Source: Bacillus vallismortis (GTDB lineage Bacteria; Bacillota; Bacilli; Bacillales; Bacillaceae). From it: a stretch of 40,000 bases of DNA. The DNA lies in NCBI RefSeq assembly GCF_004116955.1, contig NZ_CP026362.1, positions 2,163,677 to 2,203,676 on the forward strand. The letters run 5' to 3'. Below the pieces are notes generated by a model. The model was not told where the DNA came from. It saw only the letters and a list, made by a program, of their open reading frames with translations, and made no database searches. Of the stretch, positions 28,095 to 37,041 are shown one piece after another (the first letter of the stretch is position 1; each line of letters opens with the position of its first letter). Made by a program: the position numbers and the translations under genes.

Positions 28095-28745
28095 TTGGGC
28101 GATTACTTATCACATCTGGAGGAATACGTAAAAAATGTATACAGTCGGCTGGGCATCACCTCCCCGCATCACATTGACATGCTGAAAATCGCAAAGGACC
28201 TTGATATTTGGGTTCATTTTGAGGATATGGGGAGCATGATGGTCAAGTACGACGGGATGTACAGCATCGTATTGAACCAGAGAAAATCACGTGAAGAGCA
28301 ATGGGAGGATTTTGGCCATGAGCTGTGCCATGTGTTAAAGCATGCAGGCAATCATTTTCAGATGAACAAGCTCTTCAGGGAATTGCAGGAATTTCAGGCA
28401 AATCAATTTATGTACCACTTCTGTGTGCCAACCTTTATGCTGTTGCAGATGGAGCTGCCGCAATGGAGAAGCCAGGCGCTTGCCACAATCGCGTCTGTAT
28501 TCCGGGTGACAAAAGAATTTGCGATAAAAGGCTTGAAATGTTTGAACGGCGTAAAGCAGGTATTCAATTTCAGAAGCGGCTCGCTTATTTATTATCACAC
28601 AAGCGGCCAAATGCGTACGAGGAAGGCGATCAGCAGCACTTGCAGGTCGCTGAAGAAAAAGCGTTATATCATATCGGCAAAAACAGGTAACCAAAAATGG
28701 GCTGGGAACAGATATCATCTATCCTCAGCCCGGCAGAAAAACTAG
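28095..28745 (+). CDS. xkdA: ImmA/IrrE-family metallopeptidase, apparently frameshifted after codon 143
   Basis: TTG start with SD GAAAGGGAG. HExxH motif (FGHELCHVLKH). The C-terminal 73 aa look non-native, and the native-looking C-terminus lies in track ORF 28325..28690. Confidence 0.7.
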   Translation: MGDYLSHLEEYVKNVYSRLGITSPHHIDMLKIAKDLDIWVHFEDMGSMMVKYDGMYSIVLNQRKSREEQWEDFGHELCHVLKHAGNHFQMNKLFRELQEFQANQFMYHFCVPTFMLLQMELPQWRSQALATIASVFRVTKEFAIKGLKCLNGVKQVFNFRSGSLIYYHTSGQMRTRKAISSTCRSLKKKRYIISAKTGNQKWAGNRYHLSSARQKN

Positions 28746-29578
28746 CATTTTGACATTGGAGGCATCGTATCATGCACCCACATTGGCGCCGGTTTAAGAT
28801 GAGGCGCAGGCCCAAATGCAATCGGGGCCGGAATATACCTGAATTCTCCCCGTCCGTCAAAGGCTTCGCCATGAGCCCATCTTCCTTGTGAGCTTTCATC
28901 CCCTCTGGAAAAGTTAAACAGGTCATAAGCCACTTCACGCTTTTCGAGTTCACGCGGGAACGTCGTTGGCACCACAATATCCCGTTCTCTTTCTTCCAAC
29001 TCTCTAATGGCCGCATACCACATATTTTGATGATAAGTATCCCTTGCAATTAAAAACGAGAGCATATCCCTTACACCAGGATCATCAGTCATCGCATACA
29101 GCCGGGTCACCTGAAGGCGCCCTTGAGATTCCGCATTTAAGTTTGCGCGAAAATCCGCGAGCAAATTCCCGCTTGCAATAATGTATTTGGCATTCCACGG
29201 ATAGCCCTCACTATCTGATGGCATTGCACCCAAACCGGACACAATCGCATGCTGAGGATTCATTCCCGACATTACTGCTGCAATAGCGGGATTGCTTTTA
29301 TAAGCATCCTCCTGTACATCAGCTGGCGCATGATCCAGAAGTCTGGAAATCATTGTCGCCAGCATTTCGACGTGTGCAATCTCTTCAGTGCCTATGTCAC
29401 ATAACAAATCTTTATATTTGGCATCCGCCCTGCAGTTAAAGCCTTGGAACAAATATTGCATCATCACACTGATCTCACCGAATTGGCCGCCCAGTATTTC
29501 TTGAAGCTTTTTCGCATACACCGGATCGGGATGAGCTGGCTTTGCTTGATATTGAAGCTCTTTAATATGATAAAACAC
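28742..29578 (-). CDS. yjqC: Manganese catalase family protein
   Basis: Track ORF 28742..29584. Mn-catalase N-terminus (KELQYQAKPAHPDPVYAKKLQEILGGQFGEISVMMQYLFQG). The GTG at 29578 has better SD spacing, giving 278 aa. Confidence 0.88.
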   Translation of the reverse strand: MFYHIKELQYQAKPAHPDPVYAKKLQEILGGQFGEISVMMQYLFQGFNCRADAKYKDLLCDIGTEEIAHVEMLATMISRLLDHAPADVQEDAYKSNPAIAAVMSGMNPQHAIVSGLGAMPSDSEGYPWNAKYIIASGNLLADFRANLNAESQGRLQVTRLYAMTDDPGVRDMLSFLIARDTYHQNMWYAAIRELEERERDIVVPTTFPRELEKREVAYDLFNFSRGDESSQGRWAHGEAFDGRGEFRYIPAPIAFGPAPHLKPAPMWVHDTMPPMSKC

Positions 29579-29652
29579 ATGCATTCCTCCCTACACTTTC
29601 ACACAACCTCAGCGTATGAAGGAATGGGCCGATCGTGCAGGTCCCGTTTCAT

Positions 29653-30255
29653 TTATTCATAAAAGCCGAGCTTAACAGCTTCCACATATCGATAAAATAG
29701 ATCGTTTTGTGTGTAGCTTTTATCATAGCAGCCAAAATGGCGAAACAACGCCTTTCGCTGTGCCGTGCTTACTTCCAATTGCAGCCCCATTTCCCTTTTC
29801 GTCCGATTGACAATATTTTCGGGATGGACACCTGCCAGCCGGCCTTTCTCACTCGTGAGCTCGGCGCTGAAGCCCGCTTCATTCAGCCGCTCACAAATGA
29901 GCTTGGCTTTTTTACGATCCGCGCCTCCGACCAGTGTATGCGGAGTTTTCGGATCATGGTACCCATGAAATGCCAATGCGTAATGGTGGGCATTGACTTT
30001 TTCTAAAGCCAGCGGCTCGTCAAACCGAGTGCTTGTCAGGTGTAAAGAACGGTTGTTTCGCTGCTTCACACCTTCAAATAAATAAATGGAACATTGATCG
30101 GAAAAAGCCCGCACCAATTCACTGACACCGGGCTCAATTTTGCCGCCGTGGGGACCGAGAACAATAAGCTCACTTCCGTTTTTCTCGTCATATATAATCC
30201 GGTACTCCGATTCAGAAGCAGAAAGGGCTGCAAAACTTTCATACTTATCTTTCAT
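29653..30255 (-). CDS. yjqB: Phage-related poly-gamma-glutamate-hydrolase-like (UPF0714) protein
   Basis: Track ORF, 200 aa. SD AAAGGAGAG. Synteny. Confidence 0.8.
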   Translation of the reverse strand: MKDKYESFAALSASESEYRIIYDEKNGSELIVLGPHGGKIEPGVSELVRAFSDQCSIYLFEGVKQRNNRSLHLTSTRFDEPLALEKVNAHHYALAFHGYHDPKTPHTLVGGADRKKAKLICERLNEAGFSAELTSEKGRLAGVHPENIVNRTKREMGLQLEVSTAQRKALFRHFGCYDKSYTQNDLFYRYVEAVKLGFYE

Positions 30256-30360
30256 TTTGAACGCTCTCCTTTACCAGTCAGCACCAGTTTACTCTACTCA
30301 TCTATGAATGAAAACCTTTTTATTGTATGATTTGATCAAGCACATATCAGGAGGGATATC

Positions 30361-30738
30361 ATGGGATTTATTGATGGATTACTTGGAAATGCGTCGACAC
30401 TGTCAAAGGCTGCGGCGAGGGAAGAACTGGCTCATATTTTGCTGGAGGGCGAGAATGTCAATGCCGCGTTTAAATTGGTTCGCGACCTACTTGTCTTTAC
30501 TGATAAGCGGCTTATTCTTGTAGATAAGCAGGGAATCACAGGCAAGAAAACGGAATTTCAATCAATTCCGTACAAAAGCATTTCTAGATTCAGCGTAGAG
30601 ACCGCCGGCCGCTTTGACCTAGATTCAGAGCTGAAAATTTGGATTTCCGGCGCGGAACTTCCCGCTGTTTCAAAACAGTTTAAAAAAGATGAAAGCATTT
30701 ATGATATTCAAAAGGTTCTTGCAGCAGTTTGTATGTAA
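30361..30738 (+). CDS. yjqA: Bacterial PH-domain protein
   Basis: Track ORF, 125 aa. SD AGGAGGG. Confidence 0.83.
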   Translation: MGFIDGLLGNASTLSKAAAREELAHILLEGENVNAAFKLVRDLLVFTDKRLILVDKQGITGKKTEFQSIPYKSISRFSVETAGRFDLDSELKIWISGAELPAVSKQFKKDESIYDIQKVLAAVCM

Positions 30739-30742
30739 GGTG

Positions 30743-30768
30743 AAACGGAAGCTCAGCAGCTTCCGTTT
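30743..30768. terminator. Bidirectional terminator between convergent yjqA and xlyB
   Basis: AAACGGAAGCT-CAGC-AGCTTCCGTTT, an 11-bp perfect stem. Confidence 0.6.
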
Positions 30769-30773
30769 ATTGA

Positions 30774-31727
30774 TTACAGCTTTTCCATTATTTTTGCTTT
30801 TGTTTTCGGACCGTAAATCCCATCTGCCGTTAATCCGCTGACAGACTGAAAACGTTTCACGGCATTTGCTGTTTTCGGGCCATAAACACCGTCAACGCCA
30901 TGGTTTTCCGCCCCTTTATCAGGATAAAAATAAAGAGCAGCTAAAGCGGTCTGCACCTGTTTTACGTTTGTCCCTTTCGTCAGCGGGCTTGTCACTTTGA
31001 TCACTCCGGATGGGAGCGGATAGGAAGATGTGGCATGGCTTTTACAAGAAGATGCCGCTTGAGACAGCTTAATCACCTGTCCGACTTTGATGTGATCCGG
31101 GTCAGTAATATGATTTATGTTTTGCAGTGTTTTCACACTGACACCATGCGATGCAGCAATACCGGACAGTGTGTCGCCTTTTTTCACATGGTATTCAGAC
31201 GCCGAAGAAGAGACTGAAGCCTTTTTTACTGACACGCTTCCGTTCAATTCCTTTTCAATTGCCGCCTTTACTTGATCCCAGCGCCCCTCTGATAAAATGC
31301 GGTGCGGGCAGTACTTGCCGCTCCAGTCCTGATGCTTTCTCACCCGGTCTATTCCCCAGCCGCTCTCTTTCAAAAGCTGAGCCACGAAAGAAATCGCCAA
31401 GGCTTCGGCCGCTTCATACTTTGGACCTCCCGATTTGCTGTAGCAAATCTCAACACCGATTGATTTGCGGTTTCCTGTACCATTTGTGCCATCACCCGTA
31501 TGCCATGCGTTTCGGTTAAGCGGCAGACCTTGAATCACCTCTTTATCATCGACTGCAAAATGGAAGCTTGTCGAGCTGGTATTTCCAATCATATAGCTGA
31601 TTTCATTAGCCGCTGAGGCGTCGTTTGCCGTGTTGTGGATGGTAATGTATTCAGCGGACATCGCATTGGGGCACTTCAGCGCGTATTTCGCCCCAGAAAC
31701 CAAATTTTGCTTTACTTGAATGCTCAC
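30774..31727 (-). CDS. xlyB: N-acetylmuramoyl-L-alanine amidase, paralogue of xlyA
   Basis: 317 aa, GTG start. Same amidase_2 + LysM + PG-binding architecture as xlyA. Confidence 0.9.
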   Translation of the reverse strand: MSIQVKQNLVSGAKYALKCPNAMSAEYITIHNTANDASAANEISYMIGNTSSTSFHFAVDDKEVIQGLPLNRNAWHTGDGTNGTGNRKSIGVEICYSKSGGPKYEAAEALAISFVAQLLKESGWGIDRVRKHQDWSGKYCPHRILSEGRWDQVKAAIEKELNGSVSVKKASVSSSASEYHVKKGDTLSGIAASHGVSVKTLQNINHITDPDHIKVGQVIKLSQAASSCKSHATSSYPLPSGVIKVTSPLTKGTNVKQVQTALAALYFYPDKGAENHGVDGVYGPKTANAVKRFQSVSGLTADGIYGPKTKAKIMEKL

Positions 31728-31850
31728 CTATCATCTCTCCTTTTTCTTTTTCACCAATAGGTGGCATTCGTAGGACGAAAAGCTCATTTCATCCGTCACC
31801 GTAATATGGATAATTGTGTTAGACTGAAATTCAATAGGAGGGAAATGATC

Positions 31851-32105
31851 ATGCACACGTATTTAATGCTGACAACAAGAACAGATCAATTCAATCAGGA
31901 GCACGTAGCCGGACACTATGAATTTTTGGACCGCTTACAGGCAGATAAACGTTTAAAAATGTTCGGGCCATTCAGCGACGCCACAGGCGGAGCCTACGTC
32001 ATTGAAGCAGGTTCGCCAGAAGAAGCGAAGGAAATCGGCCATCAAGATCCGCTGGTGGCAAGCGGATCTTCCGAGCTGACGATAAGGGAATGGAAGCTGA
32101 AATAA
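31851..32105 (+). CDS. yjpA: YciI-like small protein
   Basis: Track ORF 31761..32105. Start moved to ATG 31851 (AGGAGGG-N8-ATG), giving 84 aa. Confidence 0.72.
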   Translation: MHTYLMLTTRTDQFNQEHVAGHYEFLDRLQADKRLKMFGPFSDATGGAYVIEAGSPEEAKEIGHQDPLVASGSSELTIREWKLK

Positions 32106-32107
32106 AA

Positions 32108-32125
32108 AAGACCCCTGGGGGTCTT
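32108..32125. repeat. Left copy of the 18-bp target duplication AAGACCCCTGGGGGTCTT
   Basis: Identical to 33683-33700 and directly abuts the IS end. Confidence 0.8.
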
Positions 32126-33682
32126 CAGCTTGTAGAGAAAACGACGTTTTTTCTACAAGCTTTTTTGTTTTTTGCTGTTTCCTTAGTTATTCAGCGGATT
32201 TCAAAAACTCAAAAAGAGCTCCCACATACCTAGCCCTGCTTGGCTAGGTATGTGGCAATCTTCTTCATGTTCTGGCATGCGGCTGTGAGGAGAACTTGTT
32301 CACTCACATTCCGTTTTCCCCTCAACCTGCAATAGCGAAGCCCATGCAGCTGTTTTGAATCTGCAAAGCTTCGCTCTATTTTTTCTTTTCTTTTTTTATA
32401 GAGGGTTTTTCCTGAAACAGATAAACGATTTTGTCTGACCTTTTCTTTATGGTCCTCCCATACATGCCGGGTGATGATCTTCTGGCGGTTCTTTGATCTT
32501 GTGCATTGCGCAAGCAATGGGCATGCGGAACAGGTTTCAGGATTTGATTTATATGACCTGTAGCCTTTTCGGTCAGTTGTTGAGTATGTAAGTACCTGCT
32601 GGTTCGGGCAAATGTAACTGTCTTGTTCACTGTCATAATGAAACTTCCATTTTGGAAACAAGCCTCTAGTAGGGTGATATCGTCTATGGGCAATAACGCC
32701 AAAAATATGGCGGTCGGCTAACCCTTTACAGATCGGAGTCGTTAAATAACCAGAATCAAGAGCGACGGCTTCTACTTCAAAATGAAATCGTGCAATTTGG
32801 TGATCTAATCGGTCAAGATAAGGCACAGAATCATGGACATTTCCAGGCGTAACATAGGCGTCGGTGATAATGTTATGTTTCATATCCGTTGTTCGGTGAT
32901 CTAAGTAAAAGAAACCCTCCGGTTTGTTTTCACGATACATATATCCACTTTCCGGATCAGTGGTACTGTGGCGGATCTCTTTTTCAGCTTTCACCTCCTC
33001 TTTGGCCGGTAATGGCTTTTTTCCGTGCTCCTCCCGATCTTCTTGAATGGCTTCATTTAAATCTTTGATATAGTTTTGTGTATCCTGTTCAATCGTTTTT
33101 CTTGTGTATTTGTGCTTGTTGGCATTGGCTTTCAGATGAGTTGAATCGGTGAATAGGACACGTCCACCCACCATGTCATGATTGATGGCCTGAAGAACGA
33201 TCTCATCAAAAATGTCTTGGAAAATCGTTGTATCTTTAAAGCGTGTGCGTCTGTTCCAGCTGATGGTGGAGTGGTGCGGAACTGGGTCATTGATATTCAG
33301 GCCCAAAAACCATCTGTACGCCATATTGTAGTAAATTTCTTTTTCAAGCTGTCTTTCTGAACGGATACCGTAGAGGTAGCCGATAAACATCATTTTGAAT
33401 AAAATCAGCGGGTCGAGTGAGGGGCGGCCTTTGTTTTCGCTGTAGTAAGGCTTAACCTTTTCAATGATAAAAGAGAAGTCTATGTGTTTATCAATTTTTC
33501 GAAGCAAATGATCCTCTTCGACGAGTTGGTCAAGCAGAACAAATTCGGCTGCGTTTTGAGAAGAATTTCTTGTGTAGAACATGAGAAAGACACCGTCCTT
33601 TTTAGTCTTTCTTTTATTTTATTACAGAAGAATGGATATTTTAAGGAAAAATAAAGGCTGTCGAGATTTTCTCGACAGCCTG
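32126..33682 (-). mobile_element. 1557-bp insertion sequence, IS1182/IS5-superfamily-like
   Basis: Single DDE transposase ORF. Imperfect terminal inverted repeats (CAGCTTGTAGAGAAAAC / CAGGCTGTCGAGAAAAT). Flanked by an 18-bp direct repeat. Confidence 0.82.
32230..33582 (-). CDS. DDE transposase (InsH-type N-terminal domain, IS1182-like C-terminus)
   Basis: 450 aa. N-terminal GRPSLDPLILFKMMFIGYLYGIRSERQLE. Candidate DDE residues in FTDSTH, ALDSGY and ERSFADSK. C-terminal LRYCRLRGKRNVSEQVLLTAACQNMKKIA. Confidence 0.88.
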   Translation of the reverse strand: MFYTRNSSQNAAEFVLLDQLVEEDHLLRKIDKHIDFSFIIEKVKPYYSENKGRPSLDPLILFKMMFIGYLYGIRSERQLEKEIYYNMAYRWFLGLNINDPVPHHSTISWNRRTRFKDTTIFQDIFDEIVLQAINHDMVGGRVLFTDSTHLKANANKHKYTRKTIEQDTQNYIKDLNEAIQEDREEHGKKPLPAKEEVKAEKEIRHSTTDPESGYMYRENKPEGFFYLDHRTTDMKHNIITDAYVTPGNVHDSVPYLDRLDHQIARFHFEVEAVALDSGYLTTPICKGLADRHIFGVIAHRRYHPTRGLFPKWKFHYDSEQDSYICPNQQVLTYSTTDRKGYRSYKSNPETCSACPLLAQCTRSKNRQKIITRHVWEDHKEKVRQNRLSVSGKTLYKKRKEKIERSFADSKQLHGLRYCRLRGKRNVSEQVLLTAACQNMKKIATYLAKQG

Positions 33683-33700
33683 AAGACCCCTGGGGGTCTT
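33683..33700. repeat. Right copy of the 18-bp target duplication
   Basis: Identical to 32108-32125. Confidence 0.8.
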
Positions 33701-33712
33701 TTTTCGTCAACA

Positions 33713-33847
33713 TCATGTTTGATTTCGTGCCGCAATATGAAATGTTTTATCTTCTTTGTCTGCTGTTTCTCCTGGATGGACCATCACCTGAGTAAAGCTG
33801 AACCCGACCGCAACGAGCAACAAACCTGACATCCATTTAGATTTCAT
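33713..33847 (-). CDS. phrA: Phosphatase RapA inhibitor precursor (pentapeptide ARNQT)
   Basis: Track ORF 33713..33898. Start at ATG 33847, overlapping the rapA stop. 44 aa: MKSKWMSGLLLVAVGFSFTQVMVHPGETADKEDKTFHIAARNQT. Confidence 0.9.
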   Translation of the reverse strand: MKSKWMSGLLLVAVGFSFTQVMVHPGETADKEDKTFHIAARNQT

Positions 33848-34973
33848 ATAAACAATCTCCTCTCTGGATTTGTTTTTGTGCGTGCACCATTTTCTCATAA
33901 AATGAAAGTGCTTTTTCAGGCTGTCCGTTTTCTATATAGAATTGGGCAGCATCATGCGCCAGCTCTTCAATATAAGGATACAGCATATGTTCTTCAAGAA
34001 ATTGAAAGGTGTGTGAGACTGATTCTGTGTTCATGTTTTTTCCGTATAACGCATGTAAAAATTGAAAAAGCTCCACAAACAATTCATCACTGTATTGACG
34101 GGCGATTTCCAATCCTTCACGATACTTTTTTTGCGCTTCGGCATCATTTTTTTGTTTATACAGAACCTGTGTTAAAGAGTAGATAGAATGCGGAAGATTA
34201 TCGAACTTTTCCGACTTGCAAATAGAAACGGATTTCTCAAAGTATTCGGCTGCCTTTTGCAGTTCACCCATTTTCTCAAAACAGTTTCCGAGATTATACA
34301 GGGCCGAACTGATCAAGCGGGGATTGCCTTCTTTCTTTGCAAGATCTAAAGCCAGTTCTAAGTGGGGCAATGCTCTTTCTGGATACTGCATATCATCATA
34401 ATTTCCTGCAATAACGAATTCACATTGGATTCTGCGGACGGTGTACGTTTCATACATTTGGTACGTTTCTAATGCCTGAACGGCGTAGCTCATTGAAACA
34501 TAGGTTTGTTTTAAATTGTAAAAGATCTCGGCCATTTTAAAAGCAAACTCGGCTTTTTCAATATCATCCGAGACGAGGGCAAGATTCTTTTCCGCCCGTT
34601 TATAATACATCATGGCACTGACAAACATTTTCTGCTTAAATTCAAACATTCCGCGAAAAAAGTTAAAGTAATAATCGAGAAGCCCGGTCAGCTTGTACTG
34701 ATTCCCTTCTATGTCTTCTAATAATTCTGAAAATTCCAGCTGCGACGTGTCCTCTCCTAAAGGCTTAATGTAATCCAGCATGACTCGATGCCTGAAATCC
34801 ATTAAAGAATAATACAGCAGCAAATCTTGGTCTTCTTCCATATCCTCGATTTCTCTTTCTACTTCGAGCTTGACCCGTTCGGCTTCAGCCACGTGGAACT
34901 GCCGGATATGGGTATACCATTCATTAATTTTAAGCCCGACATAAGAGGACGGAATCGTCTGCTTCATCCTCAA
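33837..34973 (-). CDS. rapA: Response-regulator aspartate phosphatase (TPR)
   Basis: 378 aa, TTG start (MRMKQTIPSS...). Followed by overlapping phrA. Confidence 0.93.
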   Translation of the reverse strand: MRMKQTIPSSYVGLKINEWYTHIRQFHVAEAERVKLEVEREIEDMEEDQDLLLYYSLMDFRHRVMLDYIKPLGEDTSQLEFSELLEDIEGNQYKLTGLLDYYFNFFRGMFEFKQKMFVSAMMYYKRAEKNLALVSDDIEKAEFAFKMAEIFYNLKQTYVSMSYAVQALETYQMYETYTVRRIQCEFVIAGNYDDMQYPERALPHLELALDLAKKEGNPRLISSALYNLGNCFEKMGELQKAAEYFEKSVSICKSEKFDNLPHSIYSLTQVLYKQKNDAEAQKKYREGLEIARQYSDELFVELFQFLHALYGKNMNTESVSHTFQFLEEHMLYPYIEELAHDAAQFYIENGQPEKALSFYEKMVHAQKQIQRGDCLYEI

Positions 34974-35009
34974 TTAATCCCCCCTTTTGAGTTACCCGAG
35001 ATATGTCAT

Positions 35010-35079
35010 ATTTTATCATATTTACTAGAAAAAGAAGAACGCAAAAAGACCGCAATTGTCGAATTTCGGCTAACCGCAA
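35010..35079 (-). promoter_or_regulatory. rapA promoter region: ComA-box-like TTGCGG-N4-CCGAAA plus a third TTGCGG, and an extended -10 TGATAAAAT
   Basis: Minus strand: RE1 at 35074-35079, RE2 at 35064-35069, RE3 at 35050-35055, -10 TAAAAT at 35010-35015. ComA-box consensus recalled from the literature. Confidence 0.45.
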
Positions 35080-35108
35080 AAAAAGCGCGGGTTTTCAAAA
35101 CCCGTGCT
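35078..35108 (-). terminator. yjoB terminator
   Basis: Minus strand reads AGCACGGGTTTTGAAAACCCGCGCT followed by T7. Confidence 0.6.
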
Positions 35109-35113
35109 TTCAT

Positions 35114-36385
35114 TTAGTGAAAACCGACCTTGTTTCTTTCCATCCAGCTTCCGTGCCGGCTTTTTCTTTGTTCTCCTGTCATGTCTTTTACCATGGCTTC
35201 AATATGATGCTCCCCTTCTTGGTGCCATTGAAGGGCGGAAGATACATATAATTCTCCCAACTGGGCAAAGGAAAAGCCTTCTGTAAGCTTCGCGGCACTT
35301 TTGATTTCTTCTTCATTCAGGAAGATGTCAAAGCCTCTCATTTTCATATATTCCCGCCGCAGCTCTTCATCCGGAAGCCCGATTTCGTAGGCACGGTCAA
35401 ACCGTCCTGCACGATTCATCAAGCCCGGATCGATCTTTTCGGGATAGTTTGTCGTGCCGATGAGAAAAATCCCCTCTTTTGATGTCGCGCCGTCCAGCGT
35501 ATTGAGAAAAAAGGATCGCACATCTTCCGGCATTGAATCTATATCCTCGATGACCAAAACTGCTGGAGCGAGGCGTCTCGCTGACTGAAAGACTTCTTCT
35601 ATTGTCTCGCTCGACGTAAATTCTGTAATTTGCCAATAGGCAACAGGTGCATCGATACTGCCTGCAATCGACTTTACTAATGTTGTCTTTCCATTTCCGG
35701 GAGGTCCATATAACAGGATGCCGCGCTTGTAAGGGATGTTATACGTTTGATAAAACGTTTTATCACTATGAAAAAATTGATCAATTGACCGGTATATCTC
35801 TTTTTTCAACACTGGGCTCATCATCACCTGATTTCGTTGAACCTCTCTGACGATCGCTTCCTGTTCTTTTGAAGTCCCGCCATCCCCATCCGTAAAAACG
35901 GTCACTTTCCGCTTGCTTCTTTCCCAAAGGCGTGGTCTGACGCCCTCTAAGAATGCACGCATTTTTTCATCGTTAACCGCAAACAGGCAATCGAAACTCA
36001 TCATGCTCCCATCTTGGAAATATGGAATTCTGGCAAAAGCAACACCCTTTTCAGGATATGCATATACGCTGTTTCGTATAGATTGATGAACGGTATAATC
36101 CGGTTCTTTTTCATCTTCATCGTAAGCAAAGGTTTTCTTTTCAAGCTTTTCAAATATATAAGCCACATGCTTAGGCTCCAATGAACCGCTGCGGACATCT
36201 TCTTCAAGAAGCTCCCAGTACTCAGTGTTCGGGTCATCACTTGCATAAAGCTCATAGAAAACGCCATATTGATCATAAAGCGCCTCTTCAATTCGTGTTA
36301 TAAGATAACCGAAAGTGCCGTAGCCCGCCGCAGCTCTTTCATTCTCTTTTTCTTCGTACTGATAAATGAAAGGTATGTTTGTCAT
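35114..36385 (-). CDS. yjoB: AAA+ ATPase
   Basis: Track ORF 35114..36451. Start moved to ATG 36385 (GGAG-N7-ATG), giving 423 aa. Walker [10 protein letters not shown], Walker B LVIEDID. The upstream extension overlaps a SigW-type promoter. Confidence 0.88.
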   Translation of the reverse strand: MTNIPFIYQYEEKENERAAAGYGTFGYLITRIEEALYDQYGVFYELYASDDPNTEYWELLEEDVRSGSLEPKHVAYIFEKLEKKTFAYDEDEKEPDYTVHQSIRNSVYAYPEKGVAFARIPYFQDGSMMSFDCLFAVNDEKMRAFLEGVRPRLWERSKRKVTVFTDGDGGTSKEQEAIVREVQRNQVMMSPVLKKEIYRSIDQFFHSDKTFYQTYNIPYKRGILLYGPPGNGKTTLVKSIAGSIDAPVAYWQITEFTSSETIEEVFQSARRLAPAVLVIEDIDSMPEDVRSFFLNTLDGATSKEGIFLIGTTNYPEKIDPGLMNRAGRFDRAYEIGLPDEELRREYMKMRGFDIFLNEEEIKSAAKLTEGFSFAQLGELYVSSALQWHQEGEHHIEAMVKDMTGEQRKSRHGSWMERNKVGFH

Positions 36386-36422
36386 GTTAATCTCCATTTC
36401 TTGATCTTTTGTGAACGTTATA

Positions 36423-36450
36423 TAGACGATTGACTTCGCTTTTTGTTTCA
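36423..36450 (-). promoter_or_regulatory. SigW-type promoter TGAAAC-N16-CGTCTA upstream of yjoB
   Basis: Read on the minus strand. Consensus TGAAAC-N16-CGTA recalled from the literature. Confidence 0.55.
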
Positions 36451-36534
36451 TCCCACAGCATATTGCTTGTGAAATGATAACCGTTGATATAGGATTTCAT
36501 TGCACCATTTATTTTTCATATGGAGGAGATCATA

Positions 36535-36999
36535 TTGAGTCAATCCAATCAAATTGTGAGCCATTTTTTATCCCATCGAAACGTGACAAATGAGCTGGCT
36601 GAAAAAATCAGCAAAGACCATTACAGCTACAAACCGGCTGAAACATCAATGTCAGCGGAGGAACTGGTCAAACACATTCTTACGTCTTTCCACTTGTTTG
36701 CAAATGTCATTAAAGAAGGCAACGCCTCACCATTCCAAAACAAACAGGAAGAAATGGAAACAGATCTCAATGTTTTGGCAAAAACATATACAGAAAAAAC
36801 GGCCGCTATCCTTGAACAGCTGACAGAAGAGCAACTGGACAGAGAAATTGATCTGACAGCCACTTTTGGCAGAAAAATCACAGGCCGCACACTGCTTCAG
36901 CTTGCGATGGAGCATGAAATTCACCATAAAGGCAACCTGTTCGTTTATGTGCGGGAAATGGGGCACACAGAACTTCCTTTCTATCAGCAGCGCATGTAA
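36535..36999 (+). CDS. yjoA: DinB-family protein
   Basis: Track ORF 36520..36999. TTG at 36535 is preceded by GGAGGAG-N6, giving 154 aa. His-rich DinB-like C-terminus (MEHEIHHKGNL). Confidence 0.8.
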   Translation: MSQSNQIVSHFLSHRNVTNELAEKISKDHYSYKPAETSMSAEELVKHILTSFHLFANVIKEGNASPFQNKQEEMETDLNVLAKTYTEKTAAILEQLTEEQLDREIDLTATFGRKITGRTLLQLAMEHEIHHKGNLFVYVREMGHTELPFYQQRM

Positions 37000-37012
37000 A
37001 TACATAAGACAA

Positions 37013-37041
37013 AAAGATACCTGTCCAGGGTATCTTTTTTT
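37013..37041 (+). terminator. yjoA terminator
   Basis: AAAGATACC-TGTCCAG-GGTATCTTT followed by TTTT. Confidence 0.6.

Noticed and set aside
28325-28690. Track ORF of 121 aa overlapping xkdA, considered as an independent gene
   Set aside because: It has no SD. Its last 55 codons read as the displaced native C-terminus of xkdA (see the frameshift finding), and the upstream part is just an open alternative frame.
27933-30360. Search for an integrase, excisionase or att repeat at the xkdA side of the element
   Set aside because: Only xkdA, a Mn-catalase-like gene and yjqB lie here, and no recombinase motifs were seen. A systematic repeat search could not be run by eye.
32376-32702. 108-aa minus-strand ORF inside the transposase gene
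   Set aside because: It is an alternative frame of the transposase with no independent signals.
33581-33829. 82-aa plus-strand ORF spanning the IS end, the target duplication and antisense phrA
   Set aside because: It crosses a mobile-element boundary and a terminator and has no SD, so it is a chance ORF.
35114-36999. AAA+ ATPase plus DinB-like protein considered as a candidate novel defence pair
   Set aside because: They are divergently transcribed. yjoB has a SigW-type promoter and both match known housekeeping or stress genes of the 168 map, so nothing suggests a coupled system.
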